Both the position numbers and the translations under genes were made by a program. 64,000 bases of DNA, taken from assembly GCF_009914755.1 (NCBI RefSeq), contig NC_060926.1. One strand, given 5' to 3'. Below are positions 1 through 13,515 of the stretch, piece after piece (position 1 is the stretch's first letter; each line of letters starts with the position of its first letter). Source of the DNA: the human T2T-CHM13v2.0 reference genome, Homo sapiens. A model generated the notes under the pieces. The model had not been told where the DNA came from. It searched no databases and worked only from the letters and a program-made list of their open reading frames with translations.

Positions 1-3000
1 GCATTTTCTCTGTATTGGAATATTAGATCTATTCTACAGGTAATCAACTTTTCCTTCAAGTAAAGTGTTCTGTTTTTCAGGGAGGGTAAGCTCTTCAGTC
101 GGCAGATGTCAAGCAAGGCCATTTCTTAAGTGGGTTCTTTGCAGAAGTGGTTTCCTTCACATTAAGGCAGAGCCAGAGGTACCGTGGCCCAAAGGACAGT
201 ACAGCTAAAGCAATTTCTCATGTGACTGTCCAGGGGAGCGCCCACATGAAAACATGACTATCAGTGGAAGCTACCGAGGTCTTATTTTCTTGTTGAAATA
301 ACAGTTTTGAATGCTTGCGTTTCAGGTTTCCAGAGTTGTCTTAGCTATCATAATTTTTCAAATGAGTGGAAATAAAAACTAGAGTAGCATATCCAAGTGC
401 AGTTTTATAGTATTTCCACACATGCACTAATGATATAGTTCTGTAATCTACAGTGTTTCAATCTTCATAAGGAATCATACCACAATACTACTATTTCTCT
501 CTCAGCTCAGTAAAGGCTAAGGGGAGAAAAAGAAGTCTACTTCTCTGGGGGTGATTATAATGGTTGTAACATTCATAATGATTATAAATTTTGAGATCAT
601 GAAATGCAAAGGTAACCATAGAGATAGGAAACCTAGGCCAGAGACTGAAAAAACCTGCTTCATTAGTTGACATAACCCACTTCTGATCACATAGGAAATG
701 CCTACACAGCACCTAATACATATTAATAGTAGGGAAGCAATAAATAACTAGAATTCCTAGTAAGAATAGTAATAATATTAGGAGTATCATTATGACTATT
801 ACTTGAGATTCCAGATGTAAAAGCTGGTGATAAAATCTGATCTTTTGCTTTGCGCACATGGATATTACTGAGGTAAGAACACGCTTTTCTGATAAATGTA
901 CTATGGAAAAAAAAAGTCATTTTATTGCTATCACACTAAGAAACAGACACCCCAAGCATTACATGAGTAGTCTTTCCATGGAGGAGTCAATTCTCACCTT
1001 TCTTTTTAACAGTTCGATATAATCCTTTTATGATTGTGTTGAAATGTCTTTTACATTCACTTTCCATTTTTTGTTGGTATTGAAATTAGGAGACAAGAAG
1101 AAGGGCTAATATCCCTTCATTTTTTAGCTCTGTGGTAATTCTGCAGGCTTTTACAAAACTATCAAGCATTTTTGTGTATGGTTGTTGTGTTTCTTTTTAA
1201 GTCATGTATTTATAAGCAAAAAACCTGATAATGGCAGCTTTTTCTATTTGATGGTTTCAACTGACTGATAATGGGGTATGGGTGAAGAGCAGTGAGCAGA
1301 ACTCATTTCAGGTGTTAGAGCAGAAACCTAAAACTTTCTCCCAGCTGAGTCTTTGCTGCCTGAGACCGGATAGGAACAGCCAGAGGTAACCTCATTAGCC
1401 CATGAGGCTGGCTTGGAAATACAGATGCTGGAGCAGTGACCTAGAGAGAGGGGACCCTGTGCTAGAGAGAGGAGACCCTGACAGGCTGACTCCTGCATTT
1501 TTTCCTGTGACACCCTCTCACCAACCCAAATCCTTTGTGATACCTATACCAACTTCCAAAGTCATGACTCCTTTTATAGACTGAAACCCAGGACAGTCTA
1601 CAACCTCTACAAGTGAGCAGAACAAAATTCTGCCTACATCACCATATCTGATTCGTGGCTCTGCTTGCGATTACCTGACAAACCACTTAACCTTGCCATG
1701 CTCCAGTTTCTTTTGTAACCCAGAAACACAATAATGTGAAAATCTCTCTCCTGGGATTGTTTTCAGCAGTAATTACATACGTATATGTATGTATATTTAT
1801 ATGTATGCAGATGTATATATATTAAAGCACTTTAGCTTATGAGATGCTCTAGCAATATTTAAAGATAAAGTTAGAATAATTGAACAAGCCTGCAGCTGTA
1901 ATGGGTCTGCTCTCTTCGAGGCTGCTAGTATTAAACAGCACAAATTGCAGCTGGTCTTCCCAGGTCTCTACCCCTGGGCTTTGCCACTGACTTGCTATCT
2001 AACTTCCACTTTGGAATGTCTCTGCCTCCACATTCATCTTTAAAATAATCTGAAGTGATGAACTCCCTTGTAGGGCATAGAGGGGAAAAAGAAAAAAAAA
2101 AAAGCCAAGAGATTTAATAAGTGTAATTGAAAAAACAAATAACAGACAGGATCCAACGCTCAAAGACACAGTCGTTATTCCTATTCATATAAATGCAAAT
2201 TCAGCCCAAGAGTAAAACCACATGGAATTCTCTGATTTAAGGAATTTCCCTAGTCATAAACACAGACATTTTTCTGGTTTCAGTCAACCGAATAAAGAAA
2301 AGGTTTTAGGAAATGCTCACAACCTTGCCTTGAATTATCTGTATACAGCTTCTACAATTTAAATTGTTGGAGTTATCTAAGGATAACAGCAGTCAGAGTT
2401 TAGCCATAAACCTTCCAAGTAACGGTGACTTCCTGAGAGCCCCTTCTAATAAATATTTCTAAACTGTTTTCCTTGAGTCATTGCCAATAAAATGGATGGA
2501 AACGCTTTCAATTCTCTCTTTTTCTTTCTTGGTCATAGCTTCAGAACCCTAGCGCTGCTTGATTCCCTTCAGTTGCAGATATTGGTGGCTGGAATCAAGG
2601 GCCAGGCCCCAGAAAAGTTTCACAGAAGGGACATACATAGGGCCAAATTGGACCCTCCGATTCACACCGGGTATCTCTGAGATGTGTGGTAAGTGTCTGA
2701 GGTACTGATAATGCTGCAGCCAAGATGGTAAAATAGAGCCAACACATCACTCACTGTACCAGAAGCCGTTGTCGCATCCTAATGCCAATTGTGCTGCAAT
2801 GCATATTGCTCAGGCCATCACTAGGCCTGGGTGCTATGCATTTTAATTGCACATGCTGCAATTAAAATTTAGGATTTCAAGAAATTATTGCATTTCTTTG
2901 GTTTCCAGTTCATTGTATCTCTGCGTTCTTTGATAAAAACGCATAACAACTGCAGTTGTGATATGGACAGAATCCTATGGATTGTTTGCAAGCACCTTCC

Positions 3001-5510
3001 ACTTTAACAGAAAGAAATACATCACCACCAATGAGAAAGCATTGGTGGGAGATACAGAAAATGCACCAATTAGAGCTGCTGCATGACTCTGGGAGCATCA
3101 TCTATTCACCACATTGTGAACTGTGCCCCCTGGAGTTGTGCAATGTAAACATCCTACAAGATCATAGATATCCTAGAGAAATCTTATTAAAGAAAAACTG
3201 ACTCAAATACCTTAGAAATGTCCATCTAGGAAACATTAAGTTCTGGTTCTTCTGTGCTCTAGGCCTGACTTTTCTCACACTAAATAGAAGGTTACATGGC
3301 ATTATCTCCAGTGTTAACTCCAGTTCTGAAAGTCTGTGATTCTAAGAGTAGGCCAATTTATACATATCAAGTGGTAATGTCAGATGCAAATGTTTCCCTC
3401 TTTTTAAGCAGTGTTCTTGTAACTAGTGTTATATTAGTGAAAACAAGGGAAATTTTCAAATAACCTTGAATTGTTTTCCAGTGGGCCTTAGGAAAGAGGT
3501 TAAGTCTCTGGACTGCCTGACCCATTCAGTTTCTTTCACAGCTATGAAAATACTGCAAAAACGGATAGGCGGAATGGAATCATAAAGAAAAGGAAAGCTT
3601 CATTTAAGCAATATAGGCAGTATTTCAAAAATGATCCTAGGAGTTTGCTTCCTCCAAGCTGGAAACATTTTTTAGGCTAAACAATAAAGTCTGCTTTAAA
3701 TCATATGCAAACAAAGCAGAGTCCTTGATTTGGGGTAATATTTTTCAATTTTGTATTTAAAACTGTGTTTCCTATAATGTTTTCTCAAAGCATCTTTTGC
3801 AATATCACCAGTCAAATTCTTTACTGAGTTTTACTTTCTGACATTTGATTTATAAAATTAATGAACATACTAAAGAAACTTTTTGTTAAAGTTCCCATGC
3901 TCTTCTCCACCCTTCTGGTCCAAGATTCTCATACCATATCATGCTCTTCCAACATCCACCCCTCCTCCCCGACCCCACCACCGTCCAGTCAAAAAGTTCT
4001 TATATCCACATTGGCCTATTGAAATGTGATCTGAGCTTGGCTCTCTCATGGGAAAGACCAGGTTTATTACATTCAAACAGAATTAGCAGCCACTTCAAAT
4101 ACTATAATCCAAGCAGCACTGTGCTTATAAACCATGAGCTTTTGTTTTAGAAATATAAACAAAAGGGTGATCCTTAAAGCTGCGTAAGTCATCCCAATTT
4201 CAAGTATTGGGTATTGGTCTGACAGCCTGACTCAGGCTGTATACAGCTACAGAGTACTTAGATCAATTAGATAAATTAAATTTTATAACAAAAGTCAACA
4301 GGATCATGATAGAAATTCAAACATAATTTGGAAAAATGAAACACACACACACACACACTAGTCTGTACCTAGAAACAACAAAAAGAGAAGATACAGAACT
4401 CTGACCTTATAAGGCAGGCAATATATACTCCCCTCTAAAAGAGAATAGGGATACATTACCTCAGTTTTCAGGCTTTCTATCCAAACCTAAGCTTTACCTG
4501 GGCAGTCCTGCTGTTACACCCATTTAAATTTCCGTCCACATCTCTTTTTGGCACAGGGGAAATCAAAGTGTTTCTCCTAACTTTGTTCTTATCCATCCAT
4601 TACACTACACTGTGAGGACCTGTTTTTGCTCACCATTAGAGCCCCCATGACTTGCATATTGCATGGCACATAGTAAATGCTCAGTAAATAACTTGTTGGA
4701 ATGTTGGAATGTTGAATTAAAGATTTGATTTTTTTTCTTTCATCAAACACACACTTGCTGAATGCCTACCACAGGTTCTTTTTGGCATAAGCCCTCAATA
4801 AACATGTATGTTAATTACAGGGCAGTTTCAAGTCAAGGTCAGCTTTTCACATGAGAAAAAACTTAGGTGGACCAGCAGAACCTTCTGTATTCCCCATGAT
4901 CACAATGAATTAAAGCAAAGTTCATGACATTGAAAACACCTTGTAGTGTTTAGATACTTTTCAGCCAGCTAGGAAATTGACTACTGGTCAGCACTTACTT
5001 AATCCACCATCGGAAATTTGGTACTTGGGCTACATCAAGTTGAATCTTAAAATCTTAACATTTATGAGTAAAAATGAAAAAAAGCATAGAAATGACTATT
5101 TGCCCTTATGCTTTTTGTGGAAAAACAGACTTAGCTTCCTTTACCTTTCCTTCCAACAAGTATTAGCATTAATCTTATGTTCTTATTATCATATAAAAGT
5201 ATTTTACCTTCACTTCCTATGAAGAAAGTTTTCTAAAAATGTATATCTAATCTCTTCCTTCCATGCTTGAAATATTCCCAATTGTCTTCAACATAAAGTC
5301 AAGATTCCTAGCGTGATTTACCAAAGGCTTGATGATCTCACTTCATCTTTATTCTGCAAACTCATGCCCTAGCATTCTTCCCAATAGCAACTATCACTAT
5401 CCCTAAATAAATGTTTAATACTTGAAATTCCCAAGCATGCATTGCTTTTTTTCTCCCTCTTGTCGTCTCTGTACAATAATGCCTCTCACCACCCACCCCA
5501 AAATTATTTC

Positions 5511-5512
<2 letters not shown>

Positions 5513-5549
<37 letters not shown>

Positions 5550-5551
5550 CA
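5513..5551 (+). repeat. (CA)n microsatellite
   Basis: Directly visible, with one interruption. Confidence 0.95.
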
Positions 5552-5820
5552 CTTTACAAAGCTAACTTCTATTCATCCTTTTAATTACCTCGGGGCTCAT
5601 TCTTCCAAAAGACTTACAAGATTTCCCCCATCCCTCTCTCCCATAATCTGGGTTAGTTGTCCCTCTTAGATATACTCTACACTGTCAAACCTCGTGTGTC
5701 CACTCACCCCTACCCCAATAGTTTGTAAGTTCTTGGAAGACAGAGCATAAATTTCTCTGGATCCCTAGCATCCAGGAGAATGCTTGCTATTTCATAAGGA
5801 CTCAATAAAAGTGAATTAAA

Positions 5821-6280
5821 TATACCACATTTTCTCGATCCATTCATCCATTGATGGACACTTCACTGATTCCATATCATGGCTTTTGTGAATAATTATG
5901 TCACATGTGGCAACATGGATGAAGCTGGAAGACATTATGCCAAGTAAAATCAGTCAGACACAAAAAGACGAAAAAAAAAAGGCATGTTCTCTTTTATATG
6001 CAAAATCTATAACAATCAAATTCATAGAAGCAGAGAGTGGAATGGTGGTTACTAGAGGCTGGGGATGAGAGAGAGTGGAATGGTGGTTACTAGAGGCTGG
6101 GGATGAGAGAAATGAGGAGATGTTGGCCAAAGGGTACAAAGTTAAAGTTAGACAGGATAAATAAATATTTAAGGTGGAGAACATGTCAATTACCTTGATT
6201 CACTCATTCCACATTGTATACATACATCATAACATTATGCGTACCACATAATTATATAACATTGTAATCTGTCACAAAAA
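5821..6280 (+). mobile_element. Old L1 (L1MA-like) 3' fragment with 5' inversion, inserted in an L2 tail
   Basis: 5821-5896 is antisense L1 ORF2-end sequence (tataccacattttc...gtgaataat). 5897-6280 is sense L1 3' end (acatggatgaagctggaagacattatg...). The flanks are L2 tail sequence (ctcaataaa / gaatgaatgg). Confidence 0.75.
6032..6110 (+). repeat. Perfect 38-bp tandem duplication
   Basis: AGAGAGTGGAATGGTGGTTACTAGAGGCTGGGGATGAG occurs at 6032-6069 and 6070-6107. Confidence 0.95.
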
Positions 6281-9200
6281 TGTATGAATGAATGGAATAA
6301 ATGAACAAATATATTCAGGCCTTTTTTATTTGTTCATACTTTCAAATTATTCTGCATGGATTTATTAGTGAACCCATTAAGCCAATCCATAAAACCAAAC
6401 AAAGTGACCAAAAATAAGCAAATTGCTTCCAAAGGATAGTGGCCTTTTTTTTTTTTTTTTTGGTGGGCTTGCCACGTGTAAGATTTTAAACCAGACACTA
6501 AGAAAATATGTATATCATCACACATGCTCATTCTCCCAAGCAGTTTTCTGCTTCTCCAGTCTCCTCTATGGGACATGTGTATTTGACATTTTTCATGAGA
6601 GTACTATAGGAGATGGGATGATTATGCTTGGAAATTGTGAGGAGTCATGGTAAACAATGTGACAAGCATGTATCCTAGTGTCGGCATGACTGTGACAGAC
6701 AAAATAAGAGACTGAGAGACAGACTGAGCACTATTCATTGACAACCGCTAAATGGCTCTTCATGAACTGTTCATTCACTCACAGACCTGGAAGCTGCTAT
6801 CACTCTACCAAATTACCACACTGAATAGACATGTACATAGACAGTCTCCTACACACTATAGGTGAGCACAGTTGGCTGCTTGTATGAGTAGAAAATCAGT
6901 GGGATGCTTGGCCTATGTTATGCAGGTCAAATGAATATTATCATGTTACAAATGTCTCTGATTCAATCCATTCAACAAAAATGTGTTGAGCAAGTAACTT
7001 CGTGGCTTCAAGTGCTGTGGGTAAAAAAATACCCTGGATAAAAATTTTCTAACTAAAGCAAATATTTTTTATTGGACAACTACTGCAACATAGACGCAAA
7101 TAAGAATGCAAACAGATTCTCCAAGTTTATAGTATAATTTTTGTATAATATATTAATTAGTATACATGTTTAGTATATATTATTTAGTATATTATAGTAT
7201 ATATAAAATATATAATTTAGTATAATAAACAGTATAATTTTGCTAAAGGAGAAGATGTTCTAATGGAATATTTTTTCTACCTTCTCCCAAGTTCATTCAT
7301 AAAATATCTTACTATCTGCTACTGTTCACATTTTGATACCGTACTTTGTCAATTTTAAGTTACTTAAGAGCTAGAAGTGGTTAAGTGAGTGAATCTGGGG
7401 TCACTTCTTTCAGAAATCCACAGTTCTCAGTGTTGTTTGAGAGACGAATTAGCTGTCTAGCCTTTTTGCAAAACTCACATTAAAACCTCTATTGGGGAAA
7501 AACCCTCATAATTTCTAAAATGAGCACTTTTAAATTGCATCTATAGATCTTCCTTGCATGAATGGATATCTGGCTTCATATCTAGTGATACCTGCTGCAA
7601 TGCTGCCTCATAAAATTAAGCAACTATATAATCAATTACATTTTTAAAAGGCAACGTGATGGTGCTCTCCTCGGATGCCACACTGCCTCTGATTTGTTTG
7701 GAGACTACTGCACTTGATTAAGAATGGGAACAGACACTTGACAACATTGCAAAGGGGATGTAAATCAACTCAGAGGAGCAACAACGCATAACCCAATTGG
7801 CATCAAGGGAAACGATTTATTCCCTAAAAATGTTCGATTCAATCACAGAAAAGTTTATAAAATTACTTTGATAACACTTTTCACGATTTCATTCCTTTTT
7901 CCAAAATTTGCCACAATCAAAATGCAAATGCAAAATAAATGCTGTCATTAGTTGACTGTCAGTATAGTTATCACTGCTAGCTAAAATCCTGTGTGTAGCT
8001 TGTATTAATTTGGAAAAAAATAAATGCAAATAAGAGACCTTTTAGGTCTGTTACTGTGTGACTAGTTATTCTGAACCACTAAACTGAGAAGCTAAAATTT
8101 CCGTACTTATCCAGAAACTTTGTTATTGAAAAACAACGTTAACCTGACCTTGTATAGTAGTTAATCCAAGCTGAGATTTTGATTTGTATTCTGTTTTCTG
8201 TTGATGTGCTGCTTCTTATTGATAGGCAATTTGTAATTAGATTGCATAAACTTTTAACAGCTAATATTTCAACAAAGACACGAACTTTCCTGGAACAGAC
8301 TGTTTTATCTTCCTTTAAAATAAATTACAGCTCACAAGCATCACTGATACTGGAAAATACATTGTATTAAACAAATTAAAGCAGTTTAAATTTTACCACT
8401 AAAATAATTTTTTAAAGTAAAGAATAATTTTAATCTTGAATATATTTTTAATGCTGCATGGGGCTTGTTTGGGTGTGTTTTGTATTGGTAAAAATCACAG
8501 AAAACTTAAAAACATGAGACAAATTAGCTAAAGGAACAACATATAAAATTGATGAACCTACCATATCCTTCCCAAGAAAACCTAGTTGGAATTGATTATC
8601 ACCCTGAAAGTGTTAATATTTGTTTGGTGAGAGGCCCATGTAAAATAGTGAATAATTTCTAATGGTTATTGAATAGAACTTACATCTGCTAAGTTCTCAG
8701 TCCCTGCATAAGCCCTTTGCACTGGAAAACTGAGTTTTAAATGAAATCCTCAGAAAGAAGATAATAGATTGCACCATTAAAAATATTTAACTTTTATCGA
8801 GTATTTTATGGAATCTTCATGTGCATTAATCTTTCTTAAACTTCAAAATAACCTATTAACAGAGCACCCCATTTTAAAATTGAGGACACTGAAGCTCAGA
8901 AGAGTTAGGCAACATAGGCAAGGTTCTGCAGATAGCAAATTCCGAAGCAAGAACTAGACCCTGGAAATATGATGCCCATGCCCTTCTGTGAGCCACTGTG
9001 CAATGCTGCTTGAAAACAAGACACTAGCTTTTCCATTAGATGTGGTTTCTCCTTGCATACAGCGGTTATATACCAAGGAGTTGATATCTTTAACTCTGGC
9101 CTATAACCAACATCTTCTGCACCAGGATGGAAGGCTTTTATTTCCAAAGTTCCATGTTATTCAATGCTAATGAACAGTGCATTCTTACTAAGATTTACAT

Positions 9201-12200
9201 GAGAAGAATGCAGACCTCATCTGAATTAGAGGAATCCCAGAGAAATTAATTTGTTCTCTGAGAAATGTGTGGTAAATAGCAGACGGCTTTTCTATTAAAA
9301 TGCCTAGCATCCGTAAACAATACATCAGAAAGCAAGACAAAAGGGACTTGGGACAGATTTCATGGTAATATATGCCCTTAAGAGTGTCAAAATGTTCTGT
9401 CTTTCATCAGTGACAGAGTCAGACCAAAGCTCTTCTTCAGGCAACACATGCAAAGCAGTCAATTAATCTCCATTTATTGCACTTTATTTTAGCCCTTTAA
9501 TATCTCTAAGTTTAGCTTTTCTTCTTCCAGCCCAGGTGCACTTTTTTTCTTGAGACATGCTAGTTAAATGTTAATACTTGGAAAGGATAAGATCACAAAA
9601 GACTGGTTCTTCAGCTAATAATATGCAGGCTGTTTTGCTTATACCAACTCCAGAGATAACTTTGGCACAAAATGGTAGGATGCTGTAAGAGATGATTATC
9701 TGGGCTGGGATGAAGAGCATTATGTCCTCTATTCAGCTATCCCCAGTCAGGATCATTGGGCTTTTTATATAGTTTATTCTTCATCCCTTTTAATTGTCTC
9801 ATTTTGTTTTTCATCTTGGTACCACCCAAATGGAAAAAAAAAAAGTCTGACTTCTTTATTATCTGAGTGACATTTAGCTGTTTCTACATCAGGCTGAAAC
9901 ACTAGACATATGTCCTTTTCTGCTAATCTGTGGACTCCTAATCCCATTGCCATTAGAGCTGCCTCATTGCTCCATGCAGTCTTGTGTCATTGATTAGCAT
10001 GCTTCTGGGCATAGAATAGGAACTCAAACATTTGTCAAAGAAATGATTGAATGAACTTAAAATTTGTAATGGAAGCCTAGAAATAATTGTTTGGGTAGTG
10101 CATGGATGAAAATGGCAGCATGCAGTGTGATGAAGACTTGAGTTTGGGCTAGGGTAGTTTTCATTTTGCATTCTCGCTCTGCCACATGTTAGGTAGGACC
10201 TTGGGCAATCACTCAACCCCAACGAACCATGGTTTTCCCATCTCTAAAACTGGGACTAAGACAATTAGCATGTACGAGACTCAGCTCTGTGCCTGACAAC
10301 TAGCACATACACAATCACAGAGCTTTTGTTTATTTCATAGTAATCAGATAATGCATTTACACTAGTAACCTGGAGATTTTAATCTGAGTCACTAAAACAT
10401 ATATTCTAGGTGAATTTTAGATAGCATTAGAGTTCTGGGGAAGAGTAAACACTGTTTACTGTTTTTTTTTTTTTCCCAGAGGTAAAAGTGTTGACTCTAA
10501 TTCAGAATAATAAACAGCCACCAGAAGGGAAGTTCACCTGCTGAAGAGCTGCTGTTGTTTATTTTTGATCAGGTGGATGAGGTCATTCATTATCGGACAG
10601 CATTGGCTCCCTGAGTGAATATAATGCTGATGACAGTCTGCCTGGCTGTAATGGCTTCCTCTTATTTTAGGTGGCTCTCACCACTAGATTATTAACACAG
10701 TTCCTTCGGCTTGTCCTTGTGTGCAGTGCAGTAAAATTTTGGGAAAACAAGCTATGCTCACTGGGGACTATTTGCATCTGATCATGTATACACAAACCCA
10801 CCAAGCTCTCAGACAGCTTGGAAGATGACATAAACACCTCCAAAACCCACCAGGATCGCATTCCCTCTCAGGTGCCTGATACCAGCTGTTGTGCCTGTCT
10901 GGGGACTGAGATTGCCAACTGCCTGTCTTCCACGCTTGCAGCATCAGTGAGCAATCATTGCTGCTGACAAGACTTGGATGGTCCTAACACGGAGGTGGGA
11001 GCAAAGTTGAAGCAACTGAAAGCTTCTCCTGCTGCTGCCTGGCTCAGATCCACCCTGACATCATTCATAAATGTGCAGTTAATGCAAGATGCAGATGCTG
11101 GTGTTACAGCTGCCAAGGCCGACAGAATTCCTATTTTAGCTACTGTCCACCACGCAGTGACGGGGTGCCCTAGGCAAGTGAAAATTGCTGCAGGCAGCGG
11201 TCAAAACAAGCTCCCTGCATCTTATTATCCCACTAGTATGCCTCTCCTGTGCCCTTTCCAATCTTTCAACCTTCACACTCTCTCCGCCTTTCCTACTCCA
11301 GGGATAAATTTATCCCAGGGGTGGTTAAAGCTAATGGCTGTACAATTTTCATACACTTTCATCAAAGACATATTTATATAAACCTCCACATTACTGAAAC
11401 TTGTGCACAGTTTAGAAATCATGAGCCAAATTAGGGTTCATTCATTCAAGCAAATATTTATTGCACACCTCCTCTGTATTAGATTGTCACTGTATCATAC
11501 TAATGCCTTTTCCTTGCAACAACTATGAGAACAGTTTCTGATAGTTCTCATGAAAAAATCTTAATCCTGCTCATAGAATTACTCACACCTCAAGGAATGT
11601 AACATTCAGTTTACATATTTTCTCTGGCAGATACTCAGTGGCAATAGCAACCTAATGACAGCATCTCTTTTAGGTCAATATGAAAAGTTGACTTCTAAGT
11701 TTGAGTACTAACCTCCCATTCTGATACACCCTGCTTCCCCCCAGAATTCTTAAGTTGAATAGAAATGGTTTCATTAACACATGTTCAAACGTAACTTTCA
11801 ACCTAGCCAAGATTTAATTCATTTTTGAGGCCTCTCAATTCTCCATAGAGTGTTTACCTTTAAATATATTTGGTTTAATCATATAAAACTTATTACGTAT
11901 AGTAACATCAGTTTCACATGAATGAAATTCAACTGGATAGGAATTATAGGGAAAAGCTAATTCTATTTTGCAATTTGTTTTGAAAGTCAACCAAGATAAT
12001 CTAATCAATATCGTCAAGTTTTTATCTTCACATTTCATAAACAGAGTTTTTTTGAAGATAGTTATCAAATATAATAGTCAATGAAAAGTATTGTTTTACC
12101 TAGAGCACATTCCAGAAGAACAAGCCATGTGGTATTTGCTCTGAGAAAACTTATAGATTAGTCATCCTCTAGCTGAATATGCTGACCAAAGAAAGGAAGA

Positions 12201-13339
12201 GAAAGAAAAAAAAAAAAGACTAAGAGAGGAAAATGAAGATGGCTGGCAAGGTCCCTCAGCTTAATTGAATAAACAATGGAATTCCAAACAGCATCCTATA
12301 TGCCCTCTCAAAGCCAAACTGGTTTGGTTGATTCTAAAGTGCTAAGTGGCTCCTACAGGGCATATCACAGTTCTGGCTTTTGGCCAGATCTGCCAAATGG
12401 CTTCACTTTCATTTTGTCGCCAGGTAAGGGAAAACCTAAAGCCTTTATGATGTACCCAGAAGTATGTTTACTTGCCAATATCATGTCTATGAAGATCAGA
12501 AGGATCTATAGCGCTTTGCAAGTTACAGGAATGTTTTCTCTCTTACGATTGTACTTGGCTATTCTGCAACCCTATGGGGACAAAAACACAGAAATAGTAT
12601 TGTTATCTCTGCCTAAAAGTGAGAAATTAAGACTCAGAAAGATCACACATCTGATAAGACACAGACTCAAAACTAGAATCCATGGCTTCTGATTCCAAGT
12701 TATTTGCTCTGTGTTTGTGAAAAGGGGAAAGGGAGTGACTCCAGGAATGGATTGCCGTGCCATATTCCTAGCATTCTGAATTCTCTGGGCATTTATCTGT
12801 ACAGGTATAGATTAGAGAGCCCTGTTGTAATAGAGGTGTATCCTCAGAGCTGCTGATTCATTTGTTTAGCTAGAACCAAGTACTGTGAGAAGATGTGACT
12901 TGTAAAGCCTTCAAGAAAGTAGTAGCCGGCCACTGATAAGTAGCAAGTTGGAGCTGCTCACCCAAACTGGTCAACACAGCCTGTCTTCTATGACTTAGAA
13001 ATTCCTTAGGCCTGGAGGTCTTTCAGGAACATACCCCGTACTCCTGACTGTCCTTCCCAGAACATTGTAGCCTAAGGACTGGTACGCTTGTTACTCCCTG
13101 ATATAGGATGCCATCCTCATTATAGGATGGAGAGTCTCCAGCCAAAACTTGGTAACCAAACAAGTGATTGAATAATGGCGAATGGCACACAGGTTTTGAA
13201 ATGAGCCTTGGGAAAGTCTCTTCCCCCCTCTGAGTTCCAATTTGTTTTCTATAATAGGGGACACTACTATGTTTATTGCAAATATGATGAGATGATTACA
13301 AAAGGTTAATGGAGTGATCTCTTCTATTATGCTATAGGG

Positions 13340-13515
13340 TATTCTACACCCTATACCAACCCTACGAGGTAGATGCTATTATTGTCCCATTTTGCAGATG
13401 AAGAAAACTACAGCATAGAGAAGTTAAGTAAGTTGGCAAAGTAACTTACTATGTAGCTAGTAAGTACAAAAACTAAGATTTGAATGAAAGGTCCCAAATT
13501 TACTCTGCTATGTTG
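13340..13515. mobile_element. MIR SINE fragment
   Basis: MIR core: aaccctacgaggtagatgctattattgtcccattttgcagatgaagaaaact. Confidence 0.75.

Noticed and set aside
1441-1480. Short imperfect tandem duplications (also 23525-23562)
   Set aside because: Two-copy 19-21 bp slippage events with mismatches; ordinary.
10586-10606. Possible REST/NRSF site (TTCATTATCGGACAGCATTGG)
   Set aside because: Only the right half GGACAGC matches; the left half and spacing do not.
10974-12692. 135-aa and 138-aa ORFs in unique sequence
   Set aside because: No recognisable domain, and the first starts at a non-ATG codon; lengths are compatible with chance in 64 kb over six frames.
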